A DNA stretch of 64,000 bases. Source: the human T2T-CHM13v2.0 reference genome, Homo sapiens. Location: NCBI RefSeq assembly GCF_009914755.1, contig NC_060948.1; one strand, given 5' to 3'. Positions 51,901-64,000 of the stretch are shown here, piece after piece. A model generated the notes under the pieces. That model was not told where the DNA came from. It searched no databases and saw only the letters and a program-made list of their open reading frames with translations. Made by a program: the position numbers and the translations under genes. Each line of letters begins with the position of its first letter. Position 1 is the stretch's first letter.

Positions 51901-54900
51901 TGGAAATGACTCGAATTTCATGAAACGGAATGGAATGAATTGGAATGGAATGGACTCGAATGGAATGGAATGTCATGGAATGGCATCAAATGGAATGGCA
52001 TCAAATGGAATGGAATCGAATGCAATGGAATGTTATGGAATGGAATGGAATGTATTGGAATGGAATGTCCTCTAATGGAATGGATTCGAGTGGAATGGAA
52101 TCGAATATAATGGAGTCGAATGAAATGGAATTGAAAGGACTGGGATCAAATAGAATGGAATATACTGGAATGTAATGTAATGAAGTCGAATGTAATTGAC
52201 TGGAATGGAATGTACATGAATGGAATGCAATCGAATGGAATTGAATCTAATGCAATAAAACCGACTCAAATGGAATAGAATGTAATGGAATGGAGTGCAG
52301 TGCAATGGAATGGAATGGGATGGAATGGAATGGAATGGAATGGAATGGAATGGAATGGGATGGAATGGGATGGAATGGTATGGAACGGATAATAATGGTC
52401 TGGAGGAAATGGACTGGAAAGGAATGGACTCAAATTGAAAGGGCTCGAAAGGAATGTGGTCAAATGTAATGGTCTGGAATGGAATGAACTCGAATGTAAT
52501 GCAATCCAATAGATTGGAATCGAATGGAATGGAATATAAAGCAATGGAATCGAAGAGAATGGAAACAAATGGAATGGAATTGTATGGAATTGAATCGAAT
52601 CGAATCGAATGTAATTGAACGGAAAAAATGCAACTGAATAGAATCGAAAACAATGGATTCGACTGGCATCTAATAGAATGAAATGGAATGCGTTGAGGTG
52701 GAGTGGATTGTAATGGAGTTGAATGGAATGGGGTGTAATTGAATTGAATGGGGTGGAATGGAGTGAACTGGAGTGGAATGGAATGGAATGGGCAGGAATG
52801 GAATTGAAAGGCGTGGAGTGGAGTGGAATTGAGAGGAGTGGAATGGAGTAGGGTGGATTGTAGTGGAGAGTATTGGAAAAGAGTGGAGTGGAACGGAATG
52901 GAATGGAGTGGAGTGGAATGGAATGGAATTGAGTGAAGTGGAGTGGAGTGGAATGGAGAGTAATGGAGTGGAGTGGACTTGATTGGAGTAGATAGCAGTG
53001 CATTGGACTGTACGGGATAGAAGTGGCTTGGAGTGCCATGGAGTGGAGTGGAATGGAATGGAATGGAGTGGAATGGATTGGAATGGACTGGAAAGGAATG
53101 GAATGGAATGGATTTAAATGGCAGGGAATCAAATCGAATTGAATCATATTGGAACAAGTTGAATCGACTGGAGGAAAGAAATCGAATGAAATCGAATGGA
53201 ATGAATGGAAGAGAGTGCAATGTTATAGAATGGAATGGAGACAGATGGAATGGAATGGAACAGAGAGCAATGGTATAGAATGCAATGGAATCATATGAAA
53301 TGGAATTGAGTGGAATGGAATAATATGAAATGGAATGGAATGGAATGGAATGCCCTTGCATTAAATGGACTGGAATGGAATGGACTCGAACAGAGTGGAA
53401 TGGAAAGCATTGAAATAGAATGGAATGGACTCCTTTGGAATGGTCTAGTATGGATGCAATCGACTGGCAGGGAATCAAAAGGAATGTAATCGAATAGATT
53501 GGACTGGAATACAATGGACTCGAATAGATTGGAAACGGAATACAATGGAATGGAATGGAATAGTATGGAATGGAATGGAAAGGAATGGAGTGGAATAGAC
53601 TAGAGTGGAATGGAATGGACTCGAAAGCAATGGACTGGAATGGAACGGTCTTGAATGGACTGAAATCAAACGGAATGGAATGGAATGCAATGCAATCAAA
53701 TGGAATGGAATAAAATAGAATGAAAGAGAATCAAATGGAATTGAATCGAATGGAGTCAAATGGATTGGAAAGGAATAGAATGGAATGGAATGGAATTGAC
53801 TCAAATGGAATGGCCTAGAATGGAATGGAGTCGAATGGAAGGCAAAGGAATGGAATCTATTGGAATGGACTGTAATGGAATGGAATGGAAGGGATTGGAA
53901 TGAACTCGAATGGAATGGACTGCAATAGAAAGGATTCGAATGGAATGAAAAAGAATTGAATGGAATAGAACAGAATGGAATCAAATCGAATGAAATGGAA
54001 TGGAATAGAAAGGAATGGAATGAAATGGAATGGAAAGGATTCGAATGGAATACAATCGAATGGAATGGAATCGAACGGAATGGAATAAAATGGAAGCAAA
54101 CTGGCAAGAAATGGAATCGAAATGAATGGAGTGTCATGGAACGGACTCAAAAGGAATTGAATGTAATAGAATGGAGTGGAGTGGACTCGAATATAATGGA
54201 CTGGAATGGAATGGAATCACATGGAATGGGAACGAATGGAATGGAATGGAAAGGAATGGAATCGAATGGAAGGGAATGAAATTGAATCAACAGGAATGGA
54301 AGGGAATAGAATAGACTGTAATGGAATGGACTCGAATAGAAAGGACACGAATGCTCAAATTGAATGGACTCGAATGGAATGGAAACGAAAGGAATGTCAT
54401 CGAATGGAATTGAATCGATTGGAATGGAATCGCATAGAATGGAGAGGAATCAAATGGAATTGAATCGAATGGAAAGGAACCGAATGGACTGAAATGAAAT
54501 GGAATGCAATTGAATGGAATGTAATGCAATGCAATAGAATGGAACGAAATTTCACGGAATGGAATGAAACAGAATGGAATCAAATCAAAGGAATATAATG
54601 AAATGGAATGGAATGGAATGGAAAGGAATTGAATGGAATAGTTTCGATTGGAAGGGATTGGAATGCAATGGAATTGAAAGGACTCGAATTTCAGGAAACG
54701 GAATGTAATGAATTGGAATGGAATGGACTCGAATGGAATGGAATGTCCTGGAATGGCGTCAAATGGAATGGCATCAAATAGAATGGAATCGAATGCAATG
54801 GAATGTTATGGAATGGAATGGAATGTATTGGAATGGAATGTCCTCTAATGGAATGGATTCGAGTGGAATGGAATCGAATATAATGGTGTCGAATGAAATG

Positions 54901-57900
54901 GAATTGAAAGGAATGGGATCGAATAGAATGGAATATACTGGAATGTAATGTAATGAAGTCGAATGTAATTGACTGGAATGGAATGTACATGAATGGAATG
55001 CAATCGAATGGAATAGAATCTAATGCAATAAAACCGACTCAAATGGAATAGAATGTAATGGAATGGAGTGCAGTGCAATGGAATGGAATGGAATGGAATG
55101 GAATGGAATGGAATGGAATGGAATGGAATGGGATGGAATGGTATGGAACGGATAATAATGGTCTGGAGTGAAATGGACTGGAAAGGAATGGACTCTAATT
55201 GAAAGGGCTCGAAAGGAATGGGGTCAAATGTAATGGTCTGGAATGGAATGAACTCGAATGTAATGCAATCCAATAGAATGGAATCGAATGGAATGGAATA
55301 TAAAGCAATGGAATCGAAGAGAATGGAAACAAATGGAATGGAATTGCATGGAATTGTATCGAATCGAATCGAATGTAATTGAACGGAAAAAATGCAACTG
55401 AATAGAATCGAAAACAATGGATTCGACTGGCATCTAATAGAATGAAATGGAATGCGTTGAGGTGGAGTGGATTGTAATGGAGTTGAATGGAATGGGTTGT
55501 AATTGATTTGAATGGGGTGGAGTGGAGTGAACTGGAGTGGAATGGAATGGAATGGGCAGGCATGGAATTGAAAGGCGTGGAGTGGAGTGGAATTGAGAGG
55601 AGTGGAATGGAGTAGGTGGATTGTAGTGGAGAGTATTGGAAAAGAGTGGAGTGGAACGGAATGGAATGGAGTGGAGTGGAATGGAATTTAATTGAGTGAA
55701 GTGGAGTGGAGTGGAATGGAGAGTAATGGAGTGGAGTGGACTTGATTGGAGTAGATAGCAGTGCATTGGACTGTACGGGATAGAAGTGGCTTGGAGTGCC
55801 ATGGAGTGGAGTGGAATGGAATGGAATGGAGTGGAATGGACTGGAAAGGAATGGAATGGAATGGATTTAAATGGTAGGGAATCAAATCGAATTGAATCAT
55901 GTTGGAACAAGTTGAATCGACTGGAGGAAAGAAATCGAATGAAATCGAATGGAATGAATGGAAGAGAGTGCAATGTTATAGAATGGAATGGAGACAGATG
56001 GAATGGAATGGAACAGAGAGCAATGGTATAGAATGCAATGGAATCATATGGAATGGAATTGAATGGAATGGAATAATATGAAATGGAATGGAATGGAATG
56101 GAATGCCCTTGCATTAAATGGACTGGAATGGAATGGACTCGAACAGAGTGGAATGGAAAGCATTGAAATAGAATGGAATGGACTCGTTTGGAATGCTCTA
56201 GTATGGATGCAATCGACTGGCAGGGAATCAAAAGGAATGTAATCGAATAGATTGGACTGGAATAAAATGGACTCGAATGGATTGGAAACGGAATGTAATG
56301 GAATGGAATGGAATAGTATGGAATGGAATGGAAAGGAATGGAGCGGAATAGACTAGAGTGGAATGGAATGGACTCGAAAGCAATGGACTGGAATGGAACG
56401 GTCTTGAATGGACTGGAATCAAACGGAATGGAATGGAATGCAATGCAATCAAATGGAATGGAATAAAATAGAATGAAAGAGAATCAAATGGAATTGAATC
56501 GAATGGAATCGAATGGATTGGAAAGGAATAGAATGGAATGGAATGTAATTGACTCAAATGGAATGGACTAGAATGGAATGGAGTCGAATGGAAGGCAAAG
56601 GAATGGAATCTATTGGAATGGACTTTAATGGAATGGAATGGAAGGGATTGGAATGGACTCGAATGGAATGGACTGCAATAGAAAGGATTCGAATGGAATG
56701 AAAAAGAATTGAATGGAATAGAACAGAATGGAATCAAATCGAATGAAATGGAATGGAATAGAAAGGAATGGAATGAAATGGAATGGAAAGGATTCGAATG
56801 GAATGCAATCGAATGGAATGGAATCGAACGGAATGGAATAAAATGGAAGCAAACTGGCAAGAAATGGAATCGAAATGAATGGAGTGTCATGGAACGGACT
56901 CAAAAGGAATTGAATGTAATAGAATGGAGTGGAGTGGACTCGAATATAATGGACTGGAATGGAATGAAATCACATGGAATGGGAACGAATGGAATGGAAT
57001 GGAAAGGAATGGAATCGAATGGAAGGGAATGAAATTGAATCAACAGGAATGGAAGGGAATAGAATAGACTGTAATGGAATGGACTCGAATAGAAAGGACA
57101 CGAATGCTCAAATTGAATGGACTCGAATGGAATGGAAACGAATGGAATTGAATCGATTGGAATGGAATCGCATAAAATGGAGAGGAATCAAATGGAATTG
57201 AATCGAATGGAAAGGAACCGAATGGACTGAAATGAAATGGAATGCAATTGAATGGAAAGTAATGCAATGCAATAGAATGGAACGAAATTTCACGGAATGG
57301 AATGACACAGAATGGAATCAAATCAAAGGAATATAATGAAATGGAATGGAATGGAATGGAAAGGAATTGAATGGAATAGTTTCGATTGGAAGGGATTGGA
57401 ATGCAATGGAATGGAAAGGACTCGAATTTCATGAAACGGAATGGAATGAATTGGAATGGAATGGACTCGAATGGAATGGCATGTCATGGAATGGCATCAA
57501 ATGGAATGGCATCAAATGGAATGGAATCGAATGCAATGGAATGTTATGGAATGGAATGGAATGTATTGGAATGGAATGTCTTCTAATGGAATGGATTCGA
57601 GTGGAATGGAATCGAATATAATGGAGTCGAATGAAATGGAATTGAAAGGAATGGGATCGAATAGAATGGAATATACTGGAATGTAATGTAATGAAGTCGA
57701 ATGAAATTGACTGGAATGGAATGTACATGAATGGAATGCCATCGAATGGAATAGAATCTAATGCAATAAAACCGACTCAAATGGAATAGAATGTAATGGA
57801 ATGGAGTGCAGTGCAATGGAATGGAATGGAATGGAATGGAATGGAATGGAATGGAATGGAATGGAATGGGATGGAATGGGATGGAATGGTATGGAACGGA

Positions 57901-60900
57901 TAATAATGGTCTGGAGTGATATGGACTGGAAAGGAATGGACTCAAATTGAAAGGGCTCGAAAGGAATGGGGTCAAATATAATGGTCTGGAATGGAATGAA
58001 CTCGAATGTAATGCAATCCAATAGAATGGAATCGAATGGAATGGAATATAAAGAAATGGAATCGAAGAGAATGGAAACAAATGGAATGGAATTGTATGGA
58101 ATTGAATCGAATCGAATCGAATGTAATTGAACGGAAAAAATGCAACTGAATAGAATCGAAAACAATGGATTCGACCGGCATCTAATAGAATGAAATGGAA
58201 TGCGTTGAGGTGGAGTGGGTTGTAATGGAGTTGAATGGAATGGGGTGTAATTGAATTGAATGGGGTGGAGTGGGGTGAACTGGAGTGGAATGGAATGGAA
58301 TGGGCAGGCATGGAATTGAAAGGCGTGGAGTGGAGTGGAATTGAGAGGAGTGGAATGGAGTAGGGTGGATTGTAGTGGAGAGTATTGGAAAAGAGTGGAG
58401 TGGAACGGAATGGAATGGAGTGGAGTGGAATGGAATGGAATTGAGTGAAGTGGAGTGGAGTGGAATGGAGAGTAATAGAGTGGAGTGGACTTGATTGGAG
58501 TAGATAGCAGTGCATTGGACTGTACGGGATAGAAGTGGCTTGGAGTGCCATGGAGTGGAGTGGAAAGGAATGGAATGGAGTGGAATGGACTGGAAAGGAA
58601 TGGAATGGAATGGATTTAAATGGCAGGGAATCAAATCGAATTGAATCATATTGGAACAAGTTGAATCGACTGGAGGAAAGAAATCGAATGAAATCGAATG
58701 GAATGAATGGAAGAGAGTGCAATGATATAGAATGGAATGGAGACAGATGGAATGGAATGGAACAGAGAGCAATGGTATAGAATGCAATGGAATCATATGG
58801 AATGGAATTGAATGGAATGGAATAATATGAAACGGAATGGAATGGAGTGGAATGCCCTTGCATTAAATGGACTGGAATAGAATGGACTGGTACAGAGTGG
58901 AATGGAAAGGATTGAAATAGAATGGAATGGACTCCTTTGGAATGGTCTAGTATGGATGCAATCGACTGGCAGGGAATCAAAAGGAATGTAATCGAATGGA
59001 TTGGACTGGAATGCAATGGACTCGAATAGATTGGAAACGGAATGCAATGGAATGAAACGGAATAGTATGGAAAGGAATGGAAAGGAATGGAGTGGAATAG
59101 ACTAGAGTGGAATGGAATGGACTCGAAAGCAATGGACTGGAATGGAACGGTCTTGAATGGACTGGAATCAAACGGAATGGAATGGTATGCAATGCAATCA
59201 AATGGAATGGAATAAAATAGAATGAAAGAGAATGAAATGGATTTGAATCGAATGGAATCGAATGGATTGGAAAGGAATAGAATGGAATGGAATGGAATTG
59301 ACTCAAATGGAATGGACTAGAATGGAATGGAGTCGAATGGAAGGCAAAGGAATGGAATCTATTGGAATGGACTGTAATGGAATGGAATGGAAGGGATTGG
59401 AATGGACTCGAATGGAATGGACTGCAATAGAAAGGATTCGAATGGAATGAAAAAGAATTGAATGGAATAGAAGAGAATGGAATCAAATCGAATGAAATGG
59501 AATGGAATAGAAAGGAATGGAATGAAATGGAATGGAAAGGATTTGAATGGAATGCAATCGAACGTAATGCAATCGAATGGAATGGAATCGAACGGAATGG
59601 AATAAAATGGAAGCAAACTGGCAAGAAATGGAATCGAAATGAATGGAGTGTTATGGAACGGACTCCAAAGGAATTGAATGTAATAGAATGGAGTGGAGTG
59701 GACTCGAATACAATGGACTGTAATGGAATGGAATCACATGGAATGGGAACGAATGGAATGGAATGGAAAGGAATGTAATCGAATGGAAGGGAATGAAATT
59801 GAATCAACAGGAATGGAAGGGAATAGAATAGACTGTAATGGAATGGACTCGAATAGAAAGGACACGAATGCTGAAATTGAAAGGACTCGAATGGAATGGA
59901 AACGAAAGGAATGTCATCAAATGGAATTGAATCGATTGGAATGGAATCGCATAGAATGGAGAGGAATGAAATGGAATTGAATCGAATGGACAGGAACCGA
60001 ATGGACTGAAATGAAATGGAATGGAATTGAATGGAAAGTTATGCAATGCAATAGAATGGAACGAAATTTCACGGAATGGAATCAAACAGAATGGAATCAA
60101 ATCAATGGAATATAATCAAATGGAATGGAATGGAACGGAAAGGAATTGAATGGAATAGATTGGATTGGAAGGGATTGGAATGCAATGGAATGGAAAGGAC
60201 TCGAATTTCATGAAACAGAATGGAATGAATTGGAATGGAATGGACTCGAATGGAATGGAATGTCATAGAATGGCATCAAATGGAATGGCATCAAATGGAA
60301 TGGAATCGAATGCAACGGAATCTTATGGAATGGAATGGAATGTATTGGAATGGAATGTCCTCTAATGGAATGGATTCGAGTGGAATGGAATCGAATATAA
60401 TGGAGTCGAATGAAATGGAATTGAAAGGAATGGGATCGAATAGAATGGAATATACTGGAATGTAATGTAATGAAGTCGAATGTAATTGACTGGAATGGAA
60501 TGTACATGAATGGAATGTAATCGAATGGAATAGAATCTAATGCAATAAAACCGACTCAAATGGAATAGAATGTAATGGAATGGAGTGCAGTGCAATGGAA
60601 TGGAATGGAATGGAATGGAATGGAATGGAATGGAATGGAATGGAATGGGATGGAATGGGATGGAATGGTATGGAACGGATAATAATGGTCTGTAGTGAAA
60701 TGGAGTGGAAAGGAATGGACTCAAGTTGAAAGGGCTCGAAAGGAATGGGGTCAAATGTAATGGTCTGGAATGGAATGAACTCGAATGTAATGCAATCCAA
60801 TAGAATGGAATCGAATGGAATGGAATATAAAGAAATGGAATCGAAGAGAATGGAAACAAATGGAATGGAATTGCATGGAATTGAATCGAATCGAATCGAA

Positions 60901-63439
60901 TGTAATTGAACGGAAAAAATGCAACTGAATAGAATCGAAAACAATGGATTTGACAGGCATCTAATAGAATGAAATGGAATGCGGTGAGGTGGAGTGGATT
61001 GTAATGGAGTTGAATGGAATGCGGTGTAATTGAATTGAATGGAGTGCAGTGGAGTGAACTGGAGTGGAATGAAATGGAATGGGCAGGCATGGAATTGCAA
61101 GGCGTGGAGTGGAGTGGAATTGAGAGGAGTGGAATGGAGTAGGGTGTATTGTAGTGGAGATTATTGGAAAAGAGTGGAGTGGAACGGAATGGAATGGAGT
61201 GGAGTGGAATGGAATGGAATTGAGTGAAGTGGAGTGGAGTGGAATGGAGAGTAATGGAGTGGAGTGGACTTGATTGGAGTAGATAGCAGTGCATTGGACT
61301 GTACGGGATAGAAGTGGCTTGGAGTGCCATGGAGTGGAGTGGAATGGAATGGAATGGAGAGGAATGGACTGGAAAGGAATGGAATGGAATGGATTTAAAT
61401 GACAGGGATTCAAATCGAATTGAATCATATTGGAACAAGTTGAATCGACTAGAGGAAAGAAATCGAATGAAATCGAATGGAATGAATGCAAGAGAGTGCA
61501 ATGTTATAGAATGGAATGGAGACAGATGGAATGGAATGGAACAGAGAGCAATGGTATAGAATGCAATGGAATCATAAGGAACGGAATTGAATGGAATGGA
61601 ATAATATGAAATGGAATGGAATGCCCTTGCATTAAATGGACTGGAATGGAATGGACTGGAAAAGAGTGGAATGGAAAGGATTGAAATAGAATGGAATGGA
61701 CTCCTTTGGAATGGTCTAGTATGGATGCAATCGACTGGCAGGGAATCAAAAGGAATGTAATCGAATGGATTGGACTGGAATGCAATGGACTCGAATAGAT
61801 TGGGAACGGAATGCAATGGAATGGAATGGAATAGTATGGAATGGAATGGAAAGGAATGGAGCGGAATAGACTAGAGTGGAATGGAATGGACTCGAAAGCA
61901 ATGGACTGGAATGGAACGGTCTTGAATGGACTGGAATCAAACGGAAAGGAATGGAATGCAATGCAATCAAATGGCATGGAATAAAATAGAATGAAAGAGA
62001 ATCAAATGGAATTGAATCGAATGTAATCGAATGGATTGGAAAGGAATAGAATGGAATGGAATGTAATTGACTCAAATGGAATGGACTAGAATGGAATGGA
62101 GTCGAATGGAAGGCAAAGGAATGGAATCTATTGGAATGGACTGTAATGGAATGGAATGGAAGGGATTGGAATGCACTCGAATGGAATGGACTGCAATAGA
62201 AAGGATTCGAATGGAATGAAAAAGAATTGAATGGAATAGAAGAGAATGGAATCAAATCGAATGAAATGGAATGTAATAGAAAGGAATGGAATGAAATGGA
62301 ATGGAAAGGATTTGAATGGAATGCAATCGAGTGGAATGCAATCGAATGGAATGGAATCGAACGGAATGGAATAAAATGGAAGCAAACTGGCAAGAAATGG
62401 AATCGAAATGAATGGAGTGTTATGGAACGGACTCCAAAGGAATTGAATGTAATAGAATGGAGTGGAGTGGACTCGAATATAATGGACTGGAATGGAATGG
62501 AATCACATGGAATGGGAACGAATGGAATGGAATGGAAAGGAATGGAATCGAATGGAAGGGAATGAAATTGAATCAACAGGAATGGAAGGGAATAGAATAG
62601 ACTGTAATGCAATGGACTCGAATAGAAAGGACACGAATGTTCAAATTGAATGGACTCGAATGGAATGGAAACGAAAGGAATGTCATCGAATGGAATTGAA
62701 TCGATTGGAATGGAATCGCATAGAATGGAGAGGAATGAAATGGAATTGAATCGAATGGACAGGAACCGAATGGACTGAAATGAAATGGAATGGAATTGAA
62801 TGGAAAGTTATGCAATGCAATAGAATGGAACGAAATTTCACGGAATGGAATCAAACAGAATGGAATCAAATCAATGGAATATAATCAAATGGAATGGAAT
62901 GGAACGGAAAGGAATTGAATGGAATAGATTGGATTGGAAGGGATTGGAATGCAATGGAATGGAAAGGACTCGAATTTCATGAAACAGAATGGAATGAATT
63001 GGAATGGAATGGACTCGAATGGAATGGAATGTCATAGAATGGCATCAAATGGAATGGCATCAAATGGAATGGAATCGAATGCAACGGAATCTTATGGAAT
63101 GGAATGGAATGTATTGGAATGGAATGTCCTCTAATGGAATGGATTCGAGTGGAATGGAATCGAATATAATGGAGTCGAATGAAATGGAATTGAAAGGAAT
63201 GGGATCGAATAGAATGGAATATACTGGAATGTAATGTAATGAAGTCGAATGTAATTGACTGGAATGGAATGTACATGAATGGAATGTAATCGAATGGAAT
63301 AGAATCTAATGCAATAAAACCGACTCAAATGGAATAGAATGTAATGGAATGGAGTGCAGTGCAATGGAATGGAATGGAATGGAATGGAATGGAATGGAAT
63401 GGAATGGAATGGGATGGAATGGGATGGAATGGTATGGAA

Positions 63440-64000
63440 CGGATAATAATGGTCTGTAGTGAAATGGAGTGGAAAGGAATGGACTCAAGTTGAAAGGGCT
63501 CGAAAGGAATGGGGTCAAATGTAATGGTCTGGAATGGAATGAACTCGAATGTAATGCAATCCAATAGAATGGAATCGAATGGAATGGAATATAAAGAAAT
63601 GGAATCGAAGAGAATGGAAACAAATGGAATGGAATTGCATGGAATTGAATCGAATCGAATCGAATGTAATTGAACGGAAAAAATGCAACTGAATAGAATC
63701 GAAAACAATGGATTTGACAGGCATCTAATAGAATGAAATGGAATGCGGTGAGGTGGAGTGGATTGTAATGGAGTTGAATGGAATGCGGTGTAATTGAATT
63801 GAATGGAGTGCAGTGGAGTGAACTGGAGTGGAATGAAATGGAATGGGCAGGCATGGAATTGCAAGGCGTGGAGTGGAGTGGAATTGAGAGGAGTGGAATG
63901 GAGTAGGGTGTATTGTAGTGGAGATTATTGGAAAAGAGTGGAGTGGAACGGAATGGAATGGAGTGGAGTGGAATGGAATGGAATTGAGTGAAGTGGAGTG
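63440..64000 (+). repeat. Partial 24th unit, truncated by the window end
   Basis: Starts with the same landmark and matches the first ~560 bp of U23 (from 60676), including its private variants ggtctgtagt, caagttgaaa and ggatttgacagg. Confidence 0.95.

Larger units (their letters stand above)
1..63439 (+). repeat. ~2.76 kb higher-order (nested) tandem repeat, 23 complete units U1-U23
   Basis: The landmark (c)ggataataatggtctg recurs at 1, 2755, 5489, 8212, 10961, 13730, 16494, 19261, 22015, 24773, 27532, 30290, 33063, 35822, 38580, 41339, 44097, 46855, 49613, 52386, 55149, 57897, 60676 and 63440. Other unique landmarks (gcccttgcattaaat, ggactgtacgggatagaag, aaaccgactcaaat) and the ORF track repeat with the same spacing. 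The unit start is arbitrary. Confidence 0.97.
1..64000 (+). repeat. Satellite III (HSat3)-type (GGAAT)n pericentromeric satellite array, G-rich strand on +
   Basis: The entire window consists of GGAAT pentamers and variants (CGAAT, GGACT, GGAGT, GCAAT, TGAAT, GAAAT) in a single orientation. Long perfect GGAAT runs and the lack of the HSat2 CATTCGATTC/CATTCGATGATG pattern favour HSat3 over HSat2. Species and chromosome cannot be proven from the sequence alone. Confidence 0.96.

Noticed and set aside
76-63991. Hundreds of ORFs up to 484 aa (HSIPF-rich on -, MEWNG-rich on +)
   Set aside because: These are translations of a 5-bp repeat, which gives a 5-aa period. The CATTC strand rarely forms stop codons, ORFs overlap in all frames, and their limits change between units with every indel. 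No recognisable domain is present.
1-64000. CRISPR-like or other repeat-spacer system
   Set aside because: There are no unique spacers and no associated genes; the sequence between landmarks is itself repeated in every unit.
1-64000. Transposon insertion, inversion, alpha satellite or telomeric repeat
   Set aside because: I saw no non-satellite stretch, poly-A tail, strand switch to CATTC, 171-bp monomer or TTAGGG array, and unit lengths leave no room for an insertion.

Overview
The whole 64 kb window is one uninterrupted (GGAAT)n/(CATTC)n satellite array of the human/great-ape Satellite III (HSat3) type, with the G-rich strand on + throughout. I saw no inversion, transposon, RNA gene or credible protein-coding gene; all listed ORFs are 5-aa-periodic translations of the pentamer. 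The diverged pentamers form a ~2.76 kb higher-order unit, with 23 complete copies (U1-U23, 2723-2779 bp, mean ~2758 bp) plus a partial 24th. Above that level there is further structure: symmetric layering (older-looking units at both edges, a homogeneous core), a near-identical ~11-12 kb block repeated at exactly 13,807 bp (5 units), matches at offsets of 1, 2, 3 and 7 units, and mosaic units. Each unit carries a GGAGT-rich subdomain, eight fixed pentamer phase breaks, a length-variable pure GGAAT run, and single-copy AP-1 and STAT/HSE-like motifs among very dense TEAD motifs. I found no evidence for a new gene-encoded system. The points of interest are array evolution and possible transcription-factor platform function, both inferred from manual reading without alignment tools.
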